A DNA stretch of 64,000 nucleotides from Chrysomallon squamiferum. Its lineage: Eukaryota > Animalia > Mollusca. The first letter of the stretch is position 1. Every line of letters begins with the position of its first letter. The stretch lies in the NCBI GenBank assembly GCA_012295275.1, contig CM022674.1:5394001-5458000 (forward strand). The letters are read 5' to 3'. Under the pieces are notes generated by a model, which searched no databases, was not told the DNA's origin, and saw only the letters and a list, made by a program, of their open reading frames with translations. Shown piece by piece: positions 1 to 15,899 of this stretch. The position numbers and the translations under genes are program-made.

Positions 1-94
1 AACTTTCTTTTGTTGTATATTACTTTTAACTGGCCTGAATTACATTATGTAAATATTGTTTTGTTATGTGATTCTTTTAACCTAATCATCATTA

Positions 95-144
<50 letters not shown>

Positions 145-150
145 TATCAG

Positions 151-311
151 GTGCTAAATCGGAAAAGAACCACAAAGCTCAAACTGAAGTAGCAAGATTC
201 TGGAACGGGAAAAAACATTTGCACAGTACTGTGAATTCTGATACCGGACAATGGCCTCTACTATTATATAATTTGTTATATATCTGCCATCTGGTTATGG
301 CGGTCAAATAA
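151..311 (+). CDS. Possible terminal coding exon of a gene lying upstream of the window (hydrophobic C-terminus)
   Basis: CAG at 148-150. The phase-1 frame is open for 52 codons, (G)AKSEKNHKAQTEVARFWNGKKHLHSTVNSDTGQWPLLLYNLLYICHLVMAVK*, with stop at 309-311 and AATAAA at 307-312 and 316-321. The acceptor lacks a good pyrimidine tract and no homology is recognised. Confidence 0.2.
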
Positions 312-459
312 AATGAATAAAATGATGTTATTTTAAAATATATTATTTCTTATCATGTAAAAAACACGTTCTAAATTCACGACATGTTAATGAATGTACG
401 ACTGAATACAAATAGGAAAATATACAAGATAATCCAGTATCAAGGACAGAGGTAGGTAG

Positions 460-1050
<591 letters not shown>

Positions 1051-1649
1051 GCAAATACAAAATAGCTATCTACAAACAGACAACAGAATAGAAATCTATC
1101 TACACAGAAATAATAGCATATATTAATTTTTAAAACACGCTGTCTAACACAGCAAAGTGTCACAAATAAAATGTACTCAGCCACGTTACTGTACGTAAAC
1201 ACCTGAATACGAAACTAAACGCCTTAGCTTCGTACATTCGTTTCTCTTTCTCTGCATGCATAGGGAAGAGGCGTGTTAGATTTTAAATCTTCACTGATTG
1301 TCTTCACGAGTTCTCCCAGGGTTTGTACTGAACTTGTGAAGTTAAGCTTTTTAAAAGACGACAGTTGAATCAGTGTGGAGGCAGGTTTATATATCTTGCC
1401 TGGACGTTAAATCAATGTTAGGTTTGTTGTAATGGCAGTCTGAGTTTGAAGAAATATAAGAGTTACATACGAGGGGAGGTAATTTATTCTACGTAACGAT
1501 GGAACCGTCTGGTTTTGTGTTAAGAGTTGTGGTTCTTGCGTCGGTGAAAAATCTACAAGAATAGGTAAGAGTTTTGTTTTGTATCTGTTTTTCTCTTTTT
1601 ATTTCTGTTTCTTCATCCTTATTTCCGTCTTAGTCTTAGTATCTCTTAT

Positions 1650-1728
<79 letters not shown>

Positions 1729-2483
1729 GTGTCCGTCTGTCTGTCTCTATATAGGTGATTTTCCTTTAACATTTCGCTTATCAGTAACGTTATTTCTTCA
1801 AAATTAATATGGTAACGAAATTGTCAAAGTAATATTGTGTTTAATATTATATATGTGTGTATAAATAGTTTATATAGCCTATATATATGCTGTAAGTTCG
1901 TGTGTGTATTGTATATAGATTATAGATAGATGCACGTATACATACATAAATACGTACACATCACAATAAGCTGAATTAGTACAGGTGTAATGTAGATATA
2001 TTAAAGTTATCGCTCTTGCCGTCTGGCTGGGATTATTGTAAAACAGTTCACAGCTGGTTACAGTTTTAAGAGGTTTACGCTAAGGCAGACGAAAATTTTA
2101 TTTTTATATAAAAGTATGGGGAAGTGAATGCGGAAACAGTTGCGGTTCTTGGTCACGTGATCACATGAAATTTACAACTAACGCGAATCAGTACAAAGCT
2201 TAGATGTAAAAATATAATTTCTATGACTGAAATACAATGGGGAAATTAACTTGTAGATTGACTTGTATTCTTATAGCACGTAAGTTTTATGTTTGATTGT
2301 TTGTTTGTTTTATTTATTTTTATTTAGTTTTTTAGTTATTTACTTATCTATCTATTTAGACATGAAATGTGTCGTTTGATAGTTTAATATTTTAACCGAG
2401 TTATTTGTGTTATTTGTGTTAGAGGTAATATTAATGCATAATCTGTATCTGATAATTAATTATAATTATTTTTATTTTTCCAG

Positions 2484-2540
2484 GACGAATTAGAAAATTC
2501 TTCTGTTGCAGCAAAATGTAAACTGCATGCAGTCTTACAG
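2484..2540 (+). other. Candidate 57-nt internal exon of a small spliced transcript
   Basis: Acceptor tttatttttccag, donor CAG|gtattg, open in phase 0 (DELENSSVAAKCKLHAVLQ). Upstream donors at 1478|gtaatt and 1564|gtaaga; downstream acceptor ttctctttttttcag ending 2934; AATAAA at 3029-3034. Confidence 0.4.
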
Positions 2541-2731
2541 GTATTGCCTTAATTTAGTTTAATTTAACTTTATTTAATTTTATTTTATTTTATTTATTTA
2601 ATTTCATTACATTTTATTTTATTTTCTGATTAATTTTTTTATATACATTATTACCATCATCATTACTATTATTATCTTTGTTATCATTACCCTCATTATT
2701 ATTAGTAGCAATAATAATAGTAATAGTAGTC

Positions 2732-2782
<51 letters not shown>

Positions 2783-3797
2783 ATGTAGTGGTATCACCAA
2801 TAGCACTATATATATATATATATATTTAAACATTACGTTTTACTGCATCTTTTTATTATGAAATCAGATTAATTGTTTTTAATTATACATATTCATTTAT
2901 ATATATATGTATATATTCTTTTCTCTTTTTTCAGGTGAAAATGTCTGGCTTATCTACCTGAAAATTATCTATATTTATAATAATTAGACATATGACTATA
3001 TTTGTATGATCTCAGAACAGTATTGCTAAATAAATCATGTACTGAAACAAAAATAATTATAATTTCGGTCTTATTTAATTTCGAACGACGTTCTTAGAAC
3101 CACGACCTGTCTGTCTGTCTGTCTGTTTGTCTGTCTCTGTGTGTCTGTCTGTGTGTGTCTGTATTATTCTGTCTGTCTGTCTCTGTGTGTGTATCTATCT
3201 GTCTGTCTCTGTGTCTGTATGTCTGTCTTCCTGTCTGTCTGTCCACTCGTCCTTTTTATTATTTATCAGTTTTTTATGTTCTCTCTTCTGTTCTTCATTT
3301 TGTTTTTCGTTTAATTATGATGACATCATAGCTCTTTCTGTCATTCTCTTCTTTCCGATTAAGACACAGTAAAAAGGGCCAGACTAGCCATAGTTTCAAA
3401 TTTAATATTACTAACCTGACTGCGATTGAAAGAAAAAGGAAATTAAGCGAGTAATCATGGGCAGTAAGCATTGAGTTACAGCGTGTTTCATCGGTATCAA
3501 GAGTTCGCTCCCATCAGTAATTTTCAAACTTACTATTGCAACAGACCATTTGGTATTTGTATTCGTACATAAATATCTAGGTATGTATGCACAACATAAA
3601 CAAGCGTGTATACAAGTGTGCATATTTATATAAACATATATGCTTATATATAAACACGCACACCTACATATACGTACATACATACATACATAAATATACA
3701 TACATACATACACATACATACAAATTCATACATACATACATGCCTATACACATACACACACACAAATACAGACGTACAATACCCACATATTTGTAAT

Positions 3798-3831
<34 letters not shown>

Positions 3832-4656
3832 TACACACACAGATACCCACACACGTACATACGTACTTATATATACACAACACTACAGACACAAATTTTC
3901 TTCAGACAGAAAATCGGATTCATTAAATGTAATTTTTTTTTCCCCATCTCTACTGTAATTTCATTTTGAGTTAAATGCAGTAAATTACATAAACTGATTT
4001 CGAGAGTTATTCGGTGATTTCCGGAACGAACGAACACATTCGGACAGTTCCGCCCATTTGTACAAAGGTCAAACTAGAAGGTTTACGACTATCAAATTGC
4101 TTTTCCGAAGCCAGCGAATCGGCTCGTTGCTTGTTGCTACAGTGACCGAATTCCAAGTCGTAAATCTTGACGTAAGTTCGACAGTTTCATAAATCGAGGA
4201 CTGTTCAGTTCAGGTTTGAATTCATATTACAGTCCGTGAGAACTGGAAAAGAAATTAAAGCGGGGGCCCTGTTTGGTTATACACGAATTTCGAACAAAAA
4301 ATAAAGGTTGTCACCAGTTTATTGAAAAATATTCTTAAGAGATACGCCGTCCAAGTTTACGCTGGTCTCCATATCCCTATTCATAAGGATTTAGCGCTGT
4401 TATAATGATTTCATGGGTTATAAATTGCTATTTACATAATTTGTTTCTTCCATCTTCTACGATTTCCATCTTCGATCCCCCCCTGTGTTCTCCTAGGCTA
4501 TAAATATGCAGCCACGTGATCGGATTTCAAGAGTGGACAGACTGAAATGAAATTCACCCAGTGAGACGGTCAATAGGATTTACTTACCATTAAACGAAAA
4601 CGAAGTTAAAATAAACAGCTTTGTCAGCTTTCTGGAATAATCACGTTTGCCGAAAT

Positions 4657-5125
<469 letters not shown>

Positions 5126-5269
5126 TTTGAATGTTTTAAAGTAGTATCAGAACTCTTTACAATTAAACACTACATGAAACAAACACGCTCATATAACTTT
5201 CACGCTCATATAACTTTGACATTTTTCCTGAAACTAGACACAGCCTATTAATAAGTAGCAGTACGATTA

Positions 5270-5648
5270 TGACATCACAATTTACCGTTTCGTGATCTAA
5301 AAACAGGCTCGTGATGAATATGCAAGACGTCAGTCAACATGACGTCATTAGCGACGGATCAGAAACACGTGACAGGAACTCATCAGCTAATAGCGCAGAA
5401 CCAGAATTTCGGTCGAATCGATTTTCAACAAAAACTGGCGTCGACTGGGGTCTCATTTGTTTCAATTAGAAAAGATTTTGTGGGAGTCGTCATTGCAGAG
5501 CACGTGACCGGAATTTAACGGAAGGTATTATAAGAAGTGCAGCAGACTTTTGCAGTATGGTTACGGAAATGAATTCGGTATAATCCGGGTGTTTTCGGAA
5601 ACCATAATCATGAGTATATTGAAAATACTGTTAATCGAGAAAGTAAGC
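5270..5648 (+). promoter_or_regulatory. Promoter-like module: CRE sites, E-boxes, TATA-like element and first-exon donor
   Basis: TGACATCA 5270, AGACGTCA 5325, ATGACGTCAT 5339-5348, CACGTGAC 5366 and 5501, TATAAGAAG 5529, GCAGT ~5552, donor AAA|gtaagc after 5642. Confidence 0.45.
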
Positions 5649-6043
5649 TGCCTTACGGTATTCCTTTAATTATTACTACGACATCAAAGACCGATAAAAC
5701 AACCACTGCCACCACTACTGTGATCTCGTATTTCTTGTACAATTACCAATCCTACTGCTACGACCGCAATAACCCGTCACAGCTACCACAAAACAATAGT
5801 TGTAATCTTAACAGTAGGCGCAATATTAATAGTAGTTTTGGCAGCAGTAATTGCAGCAGCAGTTGTAGTTGTAGTTGTATTACTAATTAGTGGAAAATGT
5901 AACTTTATTTATTTAGGACATAAACCTCATCGGTGATATACTACCGTTCTTACAAATGATTTTCGACATTTTAATTTCGATTATTGATATGTAAGACACA
6001 TATTTAGCATCAAGCCTTTTATTTTGTACTGAAAAACACAAAA

Positions 6044-6077
<34 letters not shown>

Positions 6078-6475
6078 GCAGAAATGTGGGAGGGGGCCAT
6101 AATGAACAGCCCAAAAGGCCTCAGTGCTAGAAGTACTATATATATATATATATATATATTATATATTATTTATTATATATTAAATAAAAAAAAAATAAAA
6201 AAAAAAAAAAAAAAAAAATTCTTTGCTCGACCGAATCGCTATTTGCTCGAGTCTCTTTGCTGATCCATAATTTCGCCGACAACTCAATTTAACTTGCTGT
6301 TAAATTTGAAATAACTGGTCTCTAAATCTTTGAAAGGGAAAAAGTATTTAAGTAACAAGCGATGTTTCTCAGTTTTTACTCGTGTGCTGAGTTCGAGAGA
6401 CCATAATGACTTTGCTGTGTCGAGTTTTTAATTTGTGACATATCTCGCCCTCGATTTAGGACCCGTCATTATAAA

Positions 6476-6506
<31 letters not shown>

Positions 6507-6539
6507 AAGAAGAAGAAGAAGAAGAAGAAGAAGAAGAAG

Positions 6540-6579
<40 letters not shown>

Positions 6580-7379
6580 CAAACAAACAAATAAAATAAA
6601 ATAAAATAAAATAAAAAAAAATAAAAAATGAATGAAAAAAAATATGAATAGTTAATCGCCAAACGATCGACAAAGAAAGAATTTCTTTGATCGTTTTCAA
6701 CCAAAGCCTGCATGACCGAATTTATCGAACAACGCCATTAAAATGTTGAACTTTGTCACAAAACGAGAGTGCTGATTTTTCTACAAACCAATTTCTTACT
6801 TGTAATTCAGTGGCAGACGGCCGGCCTTCCTTGATGAAGTGGAACGTTCAATTTTCAAAAAGCGTTTTCATGGTAATACGCAACGCGCCGCCCATTGTTT
6901 TTAACATTATTTTTATTGGGAGATGAAAGGTTCGTTTAGCATCGCTTTAATGAATTTGTCATCATCATAATAATAATAATAATTATAATAATAATAAAGA
7001 ATCTTAAAAAAAAAAAAAAAAAAAATTAAAAATAATTTTATCATCAGATCAGTAGGACGTTATTGTTTATCTACGAAGACACGCGAAAACGTCCGAAAAG
7101 AACGTTATTGTTGTGACGTCATAATAGATTTACGTAAATTTAGAAAATACTTGAACTGGTTTCACTGATTTACCATGATGGATTAATAGGAATTTTGTGT
7201 TTGGATTTACTGTCTTGATTTCTTTTGAAGGTAAGAAGTATTTATTTATTTATTTATTTATTTATTTATGGTATTCTTGTTGCTGTTAATGCTCATCTTA
7301 TTATTCACAATGACATAGTGTGGTAATAGTGTGTTGTTGTTGTTGTTGTTTTTGATTCATCTGTTTTTGATCTTATTCA

Positions 7380-8653
7380 ACTTGCTACTACTACTACTAC
7401 ATCGTTACTACAAATAAAGATCGTTATTACTGATAATGCTATTACTATTACTACCACTACTTCTTCTACTACTACTACTACTGCTACTACTACTACGACT
7501 GTTACCATCACACCGCTATTACTACTACTTCATTATTACAACTACTGTTACAACAACACAACAATTACTACTACTCCAACGACTCCACCACCATCATCAA
7601 TGCATCTACTATTACTATCACCGTCAGTACAAATACTACATCATCATCATAACCACCGCTACTGCTACTACCATTAGTAGAACTACTATTACAACTTTTA
7701 TTACTGTTGCTTGTTACCAGCTAATTATCTATTTAACAGGCGACTCGTAACACACACAAATCTGAATCAAAAGACAAGATAAAAACATTAAACATAAACC
7801 ACACAATGCCCGATAAATTTGTCAAAGGTCCGCCATCATCACGAAGCCAGGCTGCAGACGCGCGCGTGCTAGGTCTCAACCCACACTTTCAATTTTCCTT
7901 CGCACTTGCATTAAAAAAGTCTGTCAATCACTTGATGATGCATTGCTGTTTAACCGAACTCGTCCCAGGTTGCTTATTTAGCGCCCGAGTGCGTCCATTT
8001 GACCAGTTTCTTTATAATCAACTCGATTACCAGTCTACGTTCGTCTGTTTCTGGTGCGAAAACAACAACGACTGCTGCTGCTGCTGCTTTTTGAGTTTCG
8101 TGCGGTTTTGTTCCGTGCAGGATAAATAAATAAATAAATATTTATGGTTAATTTTTGTCTAACTCATTTCTTTTTTCGTTTTAAATAATCGTTCCTCTTT
8201 GTAAAACTTAAATTAAACTGTTGAGTTTCGCTATTTATTATGTTGAAATCATTGAGGAAAATTATTTTATTTTATTTTATTTTTTTTTATTTTTTTTTAA
8301 TATCGGTTTGTAAATTGTAAGAAACTAAAAAGTTATTTTGAAATCCTAGAGAATTTTTTTTTTTTTTTTTTATATAAACATTACTAAAATGAGTTTTATG
8401 TGATATCAGATCCATAGCAGAGAAACAAAAGTAAAGAAAAATATTTAATTTGATCGTGGTAACTAATAATTTAAGGAGAGAAGGTTTTTACAAAGCGCAT
8501 GTGCTGACAGTTTATATTACTGTATTAGTATACTGAAAATAGAGAACCCATTTAATAGTGTGCGTGTGTGTGTCAGAAGAAATCTGTCTAATCACAAAAC
8601 TTACAAAATAATAATAATAACGACAACAACAACAACTAGTAGTAGTAGTAGTC

Positions 8654-8723
<70 letters not shown>

Positions 8724-9720
8724 TAGTAGTAGTAGTAGTAGTAGCAGCAGTAGTAGTAGTATTTTATATGTTGCATCGCCGTCAGCCTAATTAATAAATA
8801 AAAAAAAAAATTAAACTGCTCTCTTGTTATTGGAACCGGCCCTGAGCTGTGACTGGATGTGTTTTTTAATTACAGTTTATTCAAAGTGTCCAGGAGCAAG
8901 TCAAACAAATGTTTAGTCTGAGTAGAAATTTTATACCAGGAAGTCCAATTTAAAAAAAAAAAAAAAGTAATTGAAATAGGCTCTCTGTCACTTTTTCTTC
9001 TGCTTATTTTCTTCTTTTGTTTTCCTTTTCCTTGGTTTTTTTGGCATATTTATTTATTTATTTATTTATCAACCTCATCACTATAATCATTACGAGTGTC
9101 AGTGTTAGTATTATTATGCATTCATCATCAGCATCATTAGTATTGTTATGTCGTTCATCAAAATCATCATTGTCGTTGTTTGGGTTACTGTTATTACGAC
9201 ACTGCGTAGTGTTATAACTGCAATAAAAGCTAAACAACTACCACTACTATTATTACAGTCACTACTACTACTACTACTACTCCTATTATTATTATTAATA
9301 ATACTAATACTATTACTACCACAACTATAATTATCGTTACTGACACCACTATTACTACTACTATTATTACTACTATAATTGTTATTATTAGTGATACTGT
9401 TACCTCAGTCATCAATATTGATACCATTACTCCAACAATTGGTAGTAATACTACTACTACTACTGATCAAACTAATATTACTTCTAATAACCGTACTACC
9501 ACAATTATTGTTACTACTACAACTACTGCTACTACCACCACTACTACTATTATTACTATTATTAGACTTACCATTTCCAATTCCAGTACCAAACCTTACT
9601 AATACTCTTTTAATAGCAATATATCACTGCTACCAACGCCACCATTACCACAACTACTACTACTACTTATTGTTCATTATCGTCATCGTCGTTATCATCA
9701 TCAAACTCGTTGTTTCCCTC
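7380..9720. repeat. (ACT/AGT)n and related degenerate trinucleotide tracts at 7380-7700, 8637-8760 and 9225-9720, with unique islands between them
   Basis: Direct reading; explains the poly-L, poly-S and poly-T ORFs. Confidence 0.9.
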
Positions 9721-10971
9721 TGATTTTATTGAAGCTTACAGAAATAAAATTATTCCTGGGACTAAAAATAAATAAATAAATAAATAATAAGAATTAAAAA
9801 AACGTTTATAGGTTTAAAAATAGTGTCACCGTGTACAGACATCCCTCTCACATATCACAGACAAGCTCAGCGTGCTCGAAAAGAAACTGTCAGATCTTTC
9901 AGTCTTCGAGCCAAATATAGATCAGTACAATTATTTTTGTAAACTAGTTTTCTTTAGCACTGCCAGCCAAGTTAAGCCGAAACTAAAAAAAAAAAAAAAA
10001 AAACATCTGGATTTATAGCGATCTGTTGTCGTAATGCTCGATTATGACGTAATCATGACGTAAATCGAGGTCTGTAAGAAATGCTTGAAATGAATGAATG
10101 CATGAATGAATGAATGGATGAATTCTTTATTGACGCCGCTCAGTAGTTTTTCCTTTATCGAATATTACATTACAAAGTTTCTTCTATAATGCTGTCATAA
10201 AGGAAATTGGAATTCACCATTTCAATGACAGTTCTCCCTATCATCAGACGTTAGCAGTAAAACGACCTTTTATTTGCGCCTTCCCATAAGTAGGAAGTAT
10301 TTGAATCTGCATTTCATAAGTGGGACGCTAAATGACGCTGGAGATGCATTGAAGATAAATTGTGACAGGATATTTTACGCGTCTGACAAAAGATCTCAAG
10401 GACTGAACATGCGTCAGTTAATCCTTCTTCATTCCTGCATTGACGTCACAAGCACCTCCTCTTTTGAATGTCAGCTGAAACATTTTTTTTTTTTTTTTTT
10501 GAATTTCTCTCTATAGCTTCGGATGAAAGATTGATTACGACATATCTGAAGGAATGTTTATTTTTTATTGAATTTTTTTTATTTATTTGATTTTTAAATA
10601 ATAATAATAATAATAATTGAAATAAAGAAAATAAAAAGACTGAACAAATAAAAATTAAACTAAATTCCGAGAAAACTAAATAAAGCTTAGAATGAGCGTT
10701 TCATTTATAATAATAATAATAATGAAAACGTGTTTATAAATATAGGAACCGTGTTTGTTCAGAATCGTTTATTACCAGTAGTTTGCTGTTAAGTACTGAC
10801 AGATATAACGGAGAGATTACTGTGATTTCATCACGAGGTTGTAAAAATTCTGAGATAAAAAAAAAAGCCCGAGTTTGTTTTGCCGAGTTTCGTGTTATTT
10901 CCACAAATGATTATACAATCTCTATGTTAGAAACAGGTCGGTTTTTATTTACCATCTTAAACTTAATGTTT

Positions 10972-11058
<87 letters not shown>

Positions 11059-11969
11059 ACGAAAAGAAAATGATCGAAAATGAAAAAAAAGAACAAAAGT
11101 GTTTAAAAAAAACAAATGAAAATAAGAAAAAGAAAGAAATTAAAGAAAGAAAGAAAAAATGAAATTAAACAACAAAAAGAAAGAAAAGTAAAGAAATTAA
11201 AAGAAAGAAAGAAAAATTAAATTAAACAATAAAAAGAAAGAAAGAAAAATGAAGCTGGAAAAGCAAAGAAACGAAAAAAAAAAAAAAATAAAAAAAAAAT
11301 AACGACGAAAGAAATGGGGAAAAAAAAAAAAAAATGAAGAAAAAATAGAAGACGAAGCAAGTACAAATTGAGATTCGTACCTCCCGACCGAGGAGACGGA
11401 TAAAGGGAGGCAATTTTGTTCTTGCAGAGTGTAACATGTCAAGCCGCATGTTAATTAATTGCTTCCAGCCCCCCCGAGGTCACGCGAGAACGTGATTGCA
11501 CGAGCGGCGCGCGAGCAGATCGGCAGTCCGAGCTTAGTCCTGCTCAACACAAACTCATTGCAGACGACGTTATCAAATTGGCCTTTAAATGTAGCAGTCG
11601 TGATTTATACCAGAAGTGGGCTCGTTGGTTCTTTCTCATTATTGCTTTTTTATGTAGTAATGTCGTTATTAAATTCCATGTAAACGCCACGGCAAATGGG
11701 AAGATTGAGTAATTAATTTGTGATAAAAATGTCCAGAGGAGACGGTGTATACATATATATATATAATATATTTATACATTAGCGTGTCGATTGCTAGGGA
11801 ACTCGATTGAGGAATGATGGGACCCAGAATCAAACGGTCGCGATTCGCCCCTACTGAACTATTTGTAAATGCTGATAACACCTGAGTATATGCTAAAATG
11901 GAGTCAAATATATAATATCTCTCAGTGGTATAAAAACAGTATTGGGGATTTTTTAATTTTATTTTTTTT

Positions 11970-12018
<49 letters not shown>

Positions 12019-12755
12019 TATTTTTTATTTTTTTTTATTTTATTTTTTTAATGCATCTGTATATAGTGTGTTGGAAAAGGGAGAGGCGGTTCTGGATCTT
12101 GTAGACGACCTGGGACCCTCAAATTCTTTGATTAATTTCTGTTAAATAACGTACACACACACGCACACACACACACACACTGCGTAACGTTACGTAATGG
12201 AACTTAATCAAAGAATATATATATATATATATATACATGGATGCATGCAGCCATGTTTGTGTGTCTTTATAATTTCTCTTTCTCTCTCACGATATACAAA
12301 CCACTGTTATAAAATTCCACACACAGAATCTGAGAACTCTTGTCGCAAAAGGCCAAAGCAATCGCAGGCGTCTTGTTAAAACATTTACCATCAATAAGAG
12401 CAAGTGTTGACTTGACATCCTCTCTTTTAATAATCTTACGTTCGGCTCCTCTGCTCTGTATCCAACGCCTTTCAACGGGAACACAGAAATACTGATAAAT
12501 AATAAAGATTGATTCCCTTATCTGAAGAAGGCCAGGAGTTCCTTCATTGCTCAGTCTCTGATTATCCCCCTTAACAGCTCTTTTTTTTTTTTTTTTTTTA
12601 ACTCTCTCTCTCTCTTTGTCGCTATCGTTCTTTGTGATCTCATTATCTCCCTTTGATGAGAATTCTCTTCAGACGGAGTCAAGTGGAGGCGTTTTTGTTA
12701 CCAACAGCTCAAGCAAAAAAAAAAGAAAGAAAAGAGATGTAAATAAAGAAATATG

Positions 12756-12844
<89 letters not shown>

Positions 12845-12900
12845 AAATATTTAAAAGTAATAAAATTAAAAGTGACAGAAAGAACTAAATGCCGTTTAAG

Positions 12901-12949
<49 letters not shown>

Positions 12950-13667
12950 TATCCAAGTACAATAGCGACAAATGAGATAATTCTTTCTCTGCCACCCCCC
13001 CTTTCCTGCTGGCCGTGGCGGGAGGATAATGATTGTCTTTTTTCCAACCGTCCACAGTTTCACAGCTCGGTGATGAAGATTAACAACTTCCCATCATGCC
13101 CTGTTGGAACTCTTCCCCCTTAAAGAAAACCAAGAAGCTGTTCTGGGTGATTAATGCAAAACGTAGTCCAATCTTCACTGAGTGAGTCGACAAAATGGGA
13201 AGTGAATACAGTCTATCCGCCTGAAAAAGAAAGCCTAGAACTTTTCTTGCAGTTCTGAAGAATACAAACAATAATAATATCAGAAAGTAATATTAATTAT
13301 ATATCGATAAAGTTTACATCCATATTTCAGCTCACGCACTATCATTATTATAAATTGCTCTTTTTAAAGTCAGATGTAACTGATAAAATGTCTCAACAAA
13401 TTAGTATTAAATAAAAGAGCGTTAAAGAATATTTGATATAACTGTCTTGAACAGTGACATACGACTTAAATTTTTTCAGTCTGTCGGTTTTGTTTGTGTG
13501 TCTGTCAGTCTAAATAGTTTCATTATATTTATGTGACCATCTGTCTGTTCATATGTCAGTGTATCTATATTTTTCTCTCTCTCTCTCTCTTGCTCTTCTC
13601 TCTTGTGAATGGTAGTCCTTGCATCCTTCAGTCCAAAACAGATTCTGAAAAATCATTAATATTCATG

Positions 13668-13809
<142 letters not shown>

Positions 13810-14202
13810 TCACTCTGTAAACAATCAAAACCTATCTTTCGTCTGTCTGCGTGCATGTCTATTTCACGCTAAGACAAATCTTCTGTTATTCCCACAAAAG
13901 TAATATTTAATTTCAGTAACGCAAGTAAACCAGAAAGATATACTGCTTCTCAGTCTGTCAACAACGTTTGGAAAACACGTGTGCTTTTGAGACGTAATGA
14001 TAAAACATGGGAAGCGAACCTCGGAGAAAACATATCGGATGACGTCAACATTGGAAATGTCAAACGAGCAGACGGCTGGGTTCGCCATTTTGTTATTAAG
14101 TAAACAAAGCTTTATCGTCCGTAACAAGGAGATAATAATAATAATAATAATCATAACAATGATATTATTAATAATAATAATGATAATAATAACATAACAA
14201 CA

Positions 14203-14272
<70 letters not shown>

Positions 14273-15289
14273 TTCATAATAAGAATAAGAATAATAATAA
14301 ATAAATAAAATTTAAAATTAAAATAAAATTGATAAAAAAAATTAAATTAAAAACAAGCAAAATGAATACAAATGAAAAACACGAGGAAAACATAAAAATT
14401 ATCATTGTGATGATAATGATGATAACGATGAGATGGACGTTTGAGATTATTATTATGCTGATGCTGATGATGTTTTCGACTACTGTTATTATAATGATTG
14501 CTACAACCACTGAAATGACGATTATAATTTCTATCATAATGACTTCTATGACAGAGATGATGATGATGATAATGATGATGTTAAAAACGAAGTTAGTGAC
14601 TCGTAATGATTATAACGATGACGAAAAAGAAGTTAAACACTGATAATGATTATGATGATAATTATAGTAACAGACTGTATAACGGAATACTACGAAAAAA
14701 AAAAAAATGAATGAACGAAACAATGAATGAATGAATGAAATAAAAAGTATACAGTTTGGTAAATATATACAGTAAAAATATTTTATTCCGCAAAATCTTA
14801 TCCACGGACATCTCAAACTAGACAGAAACACAAAATCATTTCGCAAAACCGATCACAAGATTATTATTATTATTACTATTATTATTTCATTTTCACATTC
14901 CCATGAAGCTTCATCATTTTTTTTCCTTCAACAGACTGCGGGGCAGAAACAGAAGATTCTGTTACGCAAATAGTTTTTAACTTCAGCGTACAACGCTTTA
15001 ATCACAGACTGAGTCTGCAAAACCGTAAATTGTCTGAGTTCAGGAACAGAAACAGAAACGTATTTTCCGGAACTGTCGTCAGTGTAATGGAGGATGGGAG
15101 AACGTGGGACACGTAACGGTGGTATTCTTCACGAGGTGTTTCTGTTTATTGTTTCAGTTCGTGTCTGTTTTCCAGTTTATTTTTTCACAATTTTTTTTGG
15201 GGGCGTCCGTTTAAAAAAAATAGCTTTTTTGGAGGGGGAGGAGAAACAAATTTGATTTAAACTGATGATTGGGGATGCTAAACGAAAAA

Positions 15290-15645
15290 GAAGATGATGA
15301 TGGTGTTGATGATGATGGTGGTGGTGGTGATGATGATGGTGGTGGAGATGATGATCATTATGATGATGATTATGGTGGTGTTGGTGATTACTTTGATGAT
15401 GATGGTGATAATTATGATGATCATTATGATGGTGGTGTTGGTGGTGTTGCTGGTGATGATGATGATGATGATGATGATGATTATGGTGGTGTTGATGATT
15501 ATCTTGATGATGATTATGGTTGTGGTGATGATAATTATGATGATTATGGTGTAGGTAGTGGTGATGATGACGATGATGATGATGATAATTTTGGTTTTGA
15601 TGATTACGGTTATGATGATGGTGATGCTGCTGCTGATGATAACAT
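15290..15645. repeat. Degenerate (GAT/GGT)n trinucleotide tract
   Basis: Direct reading; yields the D/G-rich and M/V-rich ORFs. Confidence 0.9.
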
Positions 15646-15868
15646 AATGAAGAAGAGAATCTTTTAAATTAAAAATTGTCCTGGCATTGTCTTATCTCTT
15701 TTGAAGATTAATCAGCTTTGTGTATTATTTATTTGTAAAATTATAATCAAAAGGAAAAAAAATGGAAAATGATGTAGAGAAAATAATAAAAACTAATGAA
15801 AAGGAAATTATGACGAACTCACTGACAGTCACTACAACATTAATGATTATGACGAATTAGCCAAAAAA

Positions 15869-15899
<31 letters not shown>

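Noticed and set aside
7806-8129. 107-aa non-repetitive ORF (MPDKFVKGPP...)
   Set aside because: No recognisable family; an ORF of this length is expected by chance in a GC-richer island. The same applies to 44538-44990 and 27475-27804.
14935-15024. 90-nt phase-1 exon candidate after a strong acceptor
   Set aside because: The donor CC|GTAAAT is weak, the peptide is unrecognisable, and there is no independent support.
15269-15667. Asp/Gly/Tyr-rich ORF resembling acidic shell or biomineral proteins
   Set aside because: It coincides exactly with a degenerate (GAT/GGT)n tract, has no signal peptide or clear splice sites, and similar tracts occur throughout the window.
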